Below, in pieces: positions 24,799-29,193 of a stretch of 29,193 nt of DNA. Source of the DNA: Thermoproteota archaeon (GTDB lineage Archaea; Korarchaeota; Korarchaeia; B14-G2); assembly GCA_037917675.1 (NCBI GenBank), contig JAVCBW010000015.1, positions 1-29,193 of the forward strand, read 5' to 3'. The notes beneath the pieces are model-generated. The model saw nothing but the letters and a program-made list of their open reading frames with translations, was not told where the DNA came from and did no database searches. The position numbers and the translations under genes were made by a program. The first letter of the stretch is position 1. Each line of letters starts with the position of its first letter.

Positions 24799-25780
24799 GC
24801 TCCTTCAGCAATGCAGTCAGCCTTGGAACAACCTCGAATGCATCTCCTATGACGCCATAGTCACATACATCGAATATCGGTGCATTAGGGTCGCTGTTTA
24901 CTGCAACTATGACACCAGAGTCTAGTATTCCTATGGTATGGTGCATTTCACCTGATATGCCTATTGCAATGTAGAGCTTTGGCCTTATCGTCTTGCCACT
25001 GTGCCCTATCATCTGGTGTGGGCTGATCCACCCCTCATCCAAGGCAGGCCTTGTCCCACCTACTGCAGCAGAGAGAGCATCTGCTAGCTCCTCTACGATC
25101 CTGAAGCCTTCCTTTGACTTCAGCCCCCAGCCTCCAGCTACAACTATGTCAGCTTCCTCTATAGGCCTCTCCTCTAAAGGCTTTTCTACTAGCTCTAGCG
25201 TCTTAGCTCTCAGCTCTCCCTCAGAGACCTCCTTCTCAACCCTTATCACCTCGCCTCTCCTACTCCAGTCTGGCTTAGGCTTCTCAGCTATACCAGGCAT
25301 TATGGTAGCCATCTGAGGACGTCTAGCTGGGCATAGTACTACAGCCATTATGTTACCTCCAAATCCTGGAACCATCTGCCTGAGCAGACCACCTTCACCT
25401 AGCTCCAGCTTTACAATGTGTGCTGAGAGACCTGTTTTCAGCTTGGCTGCCACCCTTGGAGCCAGATCTGAGCCTATAGCTGTGTGGGAGAAGAGGAAGG
25501 CTTCAGGCTTCAGCTCAGAGGCTAGCTCTGCCAGGATACGTGAGTAGGGCTCACACTGGTATAGCTCTAGGAGAGGATGGCTCACCAAGTACACCTTGTC
25601 AGCTCCATATGCTACGAGCATCTCGCAGAGGGCTTCAACACGATGCCCTAGTAGAATGGAGGATAGAGTCCAGCCTGCCTCGTCTGCGATCCTTCTAGCC
25701 AGCCCAAGCAGCTCTAGGGAGGGAGAAGCTAGCCTGCCTCTCCTCTGCTCAGCATAGACCCAGAGCTCCAACTCACCCAC
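24767..25780 (-). CDS. etfA: Electron transfer flavoprotein alpha subunit
   Basis: APRVAA.L.TGL, RPQMAT, VAGG.G, GGTR, QMIGHSGK, GISG..HH..G, N.DP.APIF. Confidence 0.95.
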   Translation of the reverse strand: MGELELWVYAEQRRGRLASPSLELLGLARRIADEAGWTLSSILLGHRVEALCEMLVAYGADKVYLVSHPLLELYQCEPYSRILAELASELKPEAFLFSHTAIGSDLAPRVAAKLKTGLSAHIVKLELGEGGLLRQMVPGFGGNIMAVVLCPARRPQMATIMPGIAEKPKPDWSRRGEVIRVEKEVSEGELRAKTLELVEKPLEERPIEEADIVVAGGWGLKSKEGFRIVEELADALSAAVGGTRPALDEGWISPHQMIGHSGKTIRPKLYIAIGISGEMHHTIGILDSGVIVAVNSDPNAPIFDVCDYGVIGDAFEVVPRLTALLKELRGAQRRREP

Positions 25781-26570
25781 CTAACACTGAAGTTATCTTC
25801 TCAAGAAGCCATCTTGCAGCTTCGTCAGGAGGACCCTTGAATACTTCCCTTCTCCTCTTCACCTTGATCTCATAGACCTCTGACACCATCGTCGGAGACC
25901 CCTTTAAGCCAACTTCATCTTCGCTTAGGCTTATGTCCTCTATAGTCCACTTCTCAACTGGTATCTGGTGTGCTCTTAGAATCCCAGATACAGATGGTAT
26001 CCTAGGGACATTTATCTCTCTCGTCACTGATATGACAGCTGGCAGCTTCAGCAGAATCCTCCTATACCCGTATTCCAGTGAAGCCTTGACCTCAGCCTCT
26101 CTGCCTCTCAGTGCTATGGAGAAGACCCGCGTCACATGTGGGACATCTAGGAACTCAGCTAGCTGAGGAGGCACCTGCCCTGTACCTCCATCAACCGTCT
26201 CAGCTCCACAGAAGACTAAGTCAAAGTCTCCTAGCTTCCTGACTGCCTTTGAGAGAGCAAGAGCTGTTGCCAGCGTGTCTGAGCCAGCAAGCCTACGGTC
26301 TGTGATCAGTATAGCTCTGTCAGCCCCCATGGCTAGAGCCTCTCTGCAAGCATCCTCAGCCTGCAGAGGGCCCATTGATATGACTGTCACTTTGCCACCA
26401 TGCTGCTCTCTCATCCTGAGAGCTTCCTCTAGAGCATGTTTATCTAGAGGATTTATTACAGCCGGCACTCCCTCTCTAACTATAGTCTTCGTCTCAGGGC
26501 TTATTCTTATCTTACTGATGAACTTGGGATCAGGTACCTGCTTTATGCAGACTACTAGCTTGTATGGCAA
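25773..26570 (-). CDS. etfB: Electron transfer flavoprotein beta subunit
   Basis: VCIKQVPD, INP.D..ALE, MGP, GSDTLAT, DGGTGQV, G..GSPT. Confidence 0.95.
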   Translation of the reverse strand: MPYKLVVCIKQVPDPKFISKIRISPETKTIVREGVPAVINPLDKHALEEALRMREQHGGKVTVISMGPLQAEDACREALAMGADRAILITDRRLAGSDTLATALALSKAVRKLGDFDLVFCGAETVDGGTGQVPPQLAEFLDVPHVTRVFSIALRGREAEVKASLEYGYRRILLKLPAVISVTREINVPRIPSVSGILRAHQIPVEKWTIEDISLSEDEVGLKGSPTMVSEVYEIKVKRRREVFKGPPDEAARWLLEKITSVLGG

Positions 26571-26598
26571 GTGGCTTCACCAAAATGAAAGGTAGGTG

Positions 26599-27735
26599 CT
26601 ATGGAGAGAACTCGAGAGCCTTCCTAGCCATCACCACCCTCATTATATCTGATGTTCCAGCTGAGGGTATCAGCACCTGAGCGTCCCTCAAAAGCCTCTG
26701 TGGAATGTAATCTCTTAAGACTCCATATGCTCCAAAGACCTCTGTGAGCAGCTTCGTAGCTCTGACTGCTGCCTCTGTAGCCCAGAACTTGCACATCGCA
26801 TTCTCAGCGTCAACTCTGAGGTTTTGGTCTCTGAGCCAGGCAGCATAGTAGACTAGGAGCCAGGATGTCTGGTAGTCCATGTAGATGTCTGTCAGCTTCC
26901 ACTGGATCGCCTGGAGATCTGATATAGGCTTCCCATAGAGCTTTCTCTCCTTGGCATATTTAGCAGCCTCCTCTAGGCACCTCCTCAGTATACCTAAGGC
27001 TACAGCAGCTACACCAGGCCTCCCAACATTGCTTATTGAGGAAAGCGCAACCCTGAGGCCCTTGCCAGGTGGGCCAACCAAGTTCTCCTCTGGAACCCTG
27101 ACCTCATCGAAGGCGATCTCCCCTGTGACGCATCCCCTAAGCCCAAACTTATCCTCTTTCCTGCCTAGCTTCACCCCAGGCCTATCAGCCTCAACCATGA
27201 AATAGCTAAACTCCCTCTCCCCGGTCTTGGCTAGTACACCGTGTATATTCGAGAAGTGAGCGTTTGTTATGAAGCACTTCCTGCCTGAGATGACCCACTC
27301 GTCTCCCTCCTTCCTAGCTGTAGTCTGTATGCCGAGGACATCAGATCCTCCAGTCGGCTCTGTTACAGCAGAAGAGGCTATGAGAGAGCCCTTAGCCAGC
27401 TCAGGAAGCCACCTACGCTTCTGCTCCTCACTACCGAAATATATCACTGGAGCCTGACCTAAGTGTACAATCTGGAGTGTGAAACCTAGGGGAGGAGAGA
27501 CCCTGCTTATCTCCTCTATGACAATCATTCTCGAGACATGCCCCATCCCATTGCCACCATATTCCTGTGGTATTAGTAGACCACCGAACCCTAAGTCAAA
27601 CATCTTCCTAACCAAGTCCATTGGGACCTCCCCTGTCTCATCTAGCTCCTGCACTCTTGGAGCAATCTCTCTCTCAGCAAACTCCCTAGCAGCCTTCCTG
27701 AGCATCTCCTGCTCACTTGTGAATGTAAACTCCAA
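26599..27735 (-). CDS. Acyl-CoA dehydrogenase-family flavoprotein (atypical active site)
   Basis: P.EYGG.G, TEP.GGSD, G.K.FITN, K.GLR, R..YGKPI...QAIQ, G.YG, RDA; C-terminus reads IPSAGTSD instead of IYEGT.E. Confidence 0.93.
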   Translation of the reverse strand: MEFTFTSEQEMLRKAAREFAEREIAPRVQELDETGEVPMDLVRKMFDLGFGGLLIPQEYGGNGMGHVSRMIVIEEISRVSPPLGFTLQIVHLGQAPVIYFGSEEQKRRWLPELAKGSLIASSAVTEPTGGSDVLGIQTTARKEGDEWVISGRKCFITNAHFSNIHGVLAKTGEREFSYFMVEADRPGVKLGRKEDKFGLRGCVTGEIAFDEVRVPEENLVGPPGKGLRVALSSISNVGRPGVAAVALGILRRCLEEAAKYAKERKLYGKPISDLQAIQWKLTDIYMDYQTSWLLVYYAAWLRDQNLRVDAENAMCKFWATEAAVRATKLLTEVFGAYGVLRDYIPQRLLRDAQVLIPSAGTSDIMRVVMARKALEFSP

Positions 27736-27873
27736 GAGTTCACCCCAGCAACCCAGCTTGAAGCCTACATTAAAGTGTTATCCATAGGCTGCTGCTAGCA
27801 GAGGTAGGATGTACTAAGCTGAGCGGGGGTTAAAGCCTTTAAGCAGCATGCCCATGGGTCTCTTGGTGTCCTC

Positions 27874-29118
27874 ATGCCTGAGGTCAGCCTGTATAGCCCC
27901 CTAGCTACATCGGAGCTTGAGGAACATAGAGCTAAGGTTAGGGAGTTTGCTGAGAAGGAGCTTGCTCCACTCAGACAGAAGTATGAAGAAGAAAACCTAG
28001 ATGGGCTAGGTAAGGTGTTCCCGTGGGACATATATAGGAAGCTAGGTGAGAGAAGGCTTCTAGCTGAGCATGTCCCTGAGGAGTATGGTGGTAGAGGAGA
28101 AAGCTTCCTGACTGAGATAGTCACGATAGAGGAGGTAGCTAGGGTATGTGGGACATTCAGCGTGCTAGTGGACTATACTCCAACTCTTGTCTGCAACCCA
28201 ATTCTTATGTATGGAACTGAAGAGCAAAAGAAGAGGTATCTACCTCCAATACTGAAGGGAGAGAAAATAGGATCCTATGCTCTCACAGAACCTAAGTGGG
28301 GTAGTGACACAGCATCAATAGAAACCACAGCTGTGAAGAAGGGAGGAGAATACGTGATAAACGGGCATAAAAAGTTTATAATGCTCGGTAACATAGCGGA
28401 TATACTGCTGGTCTTCGCTAAGACTGCCCCAGAAGCCAAGGCTCGCGGCATAACAGTGTTCATAGTTGAGAAGGATACTGAAGGGATATCTTACCCGAAG
28501 CAGGAAAGGAAGATGGGGCTCAGAGCTGCACCAACTAGTGAGATAAAGTTTGAAAACGTGATGGTGCCAGAGGAGAACATATTAGGTGGACCTAGCCAGC
28601 TGAACAAGGGCATATACGTTGCCTTAGATGCCCTAGATCACGGGCGCTGCGGTGTAGCAGCTCAGGCTGTTGGAGTAGCTCAAAGCTGCCTAGAGCAGGC
28701 CATGGCTTACTCAGCGCAGAGAGAGCAGTTTGGGAAGAAGATAGCTGAGTTCCAGGCAATTCAATGGATGATAGCTGACATGGCAACCAAGATAGATGCA
28801 GCTAGGCTACTGACATATAGGGCAGCATACCTGAGAGATCTAGCGATAAAGGGGAGGATAGATAGGAGGATGGTGACACTGCCAGCATCGATGGCAAAGT
28901 GCTATGCGACTGAAGCTGCAACATGGGCTGCACACAAGGCAATACAGATCTTCGGTGGGCGAGGCTTCATGATGGATGAGGAGTATACGCCGATAAAGGC
29001 TCTGCCTACGCCAGAGAAAGCTTATAGAGACTGCAGAATATTTGAAATATATGAGGGGACTAATGAGATACAGAGGATGGTGATATTCAGGGAACTCTTC
29101 AGGAAGTATAGCAGGTAG
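27874..29118 (+). CDS. Acyl-CoA dehydrogenase (canonical catalytic Glu)
   Basis: ALTEP..GSD, KMGLRA, LDHGR, REQFGK.I..FQAIQ, YRD...EIYEGTNEIQR. Confidence 0.95.
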   Translation: MPEVSLYSPLATSELEEHRAKVREFAEKELAPLRQKYEEENLDGLGKVFPWDIYRKLGERRLLAEHVPEEYGGRGESFLTEIVTIEEVARVCGTFSVLVDYTPTLVCNPILMYGTEEQKKRYLPPILKGEKIGSYALTEPKWGSDTASIETTAVKKGGEYVINGHKKFIMLGNIADILLVFAKTAPEAKARGITVFIVEKDTEGISYPKQERKMGLRAAPTSEIKFENVMVPEENILGGPSQLNKGIYVALDALDHGRCGVAAQAVGVAQSCLEQAMAYSAQREQFGKKIAEFQAIQWMIADMATKIDAARLLTYRAAYLRDLAIKGRIDRRMVTLPASMAKCYATEAATWAAHKAIQIFGGRGFMMDEEYTPIKALPTPEKAYRDCRIFEIYEGTNEIQRMVIFRELFRKYSR

Positions 29119-29128
29119 GGTGGTTTTC

Positions 29129-29193
29129 TTGTCTGTTGAGGGTCTTTTGAGAGAGGTTGAGGAGTGGGAGTCTACTATAGTCAGAGAGTACTT
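29129..29193 (+). CDS. 5' fragment of the next gene, possibly methylmalonyl-CoA mutase large subunit
   Basis: SD GGTGG then TTG 29129: MSVEGLLREVEEWESTIVREY..., open to the window edge. The helical WE motif recalls archaeal mutase N-termini, but only 21 codons are visible. Confidence 0.4.
   Translation, partial: MSVEGLLREVEEWESTIVREY

Noticed and set aside
1-29193. CRISPR arrays, tRNA/rRNA genes, transposases, integrases, tandem repeats
   Set aside because: None seen; the intergenic regions are short and contain no repeat-spacer pattern or cloverleaf

Overview
A gene-dense archaeal window. The features (TATA/BRE promoters, GGAGG/GGTG ribosome-binding sites, HdrA, fused ADP-forming acyl-CoA ligase, C/D-box sRNA) suggest an anaerobic, probably thermophilic TACK-type archaeon; this lineage call is inference only. 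Content in order: Dpp/Opp ABC peptide transporter (dppB-dppC-dppD, running off the left edge); a GT-B glycosyltransferase plus GH130 pair; an atypical thiolase; an m5C RNA methyltransferase with a separate PUA-like partner; a DtxR-FeoA / feoB / DUF59 iron operon with a palindromic operator; mce-deoC-ybaK-pdaD; a 2-oxoacid:ferredoxin oxidoreductase operon (delta-alpha-beta-gamma) ending in an orphan hdrA; an uncharacterised three-gene unit (PATAN-like/wHTH protein, Zn-ribbon protein, M28/glutaminyl-cyclase-like enzyme); acd-DRTGG-MBL hydrolase; an iron-sulfur flavoprotein; ACAD-etfB-etfA; and a divergent second ACAD. Items the ORF track misses: a double-guide C/D-box sRNA (20084-20141, minus strand), the true 5' end of the OFOR alpha gene (no ATG/GTG/TTG, apparently CTG directly after the in-frame TAG of delta), the partial genes at both edges, and a DtxR-type operator. 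No CRISPR array, tRNA, rRNA or mobile element was seen. All family calls come from motif recognition by eye, not from database searches.
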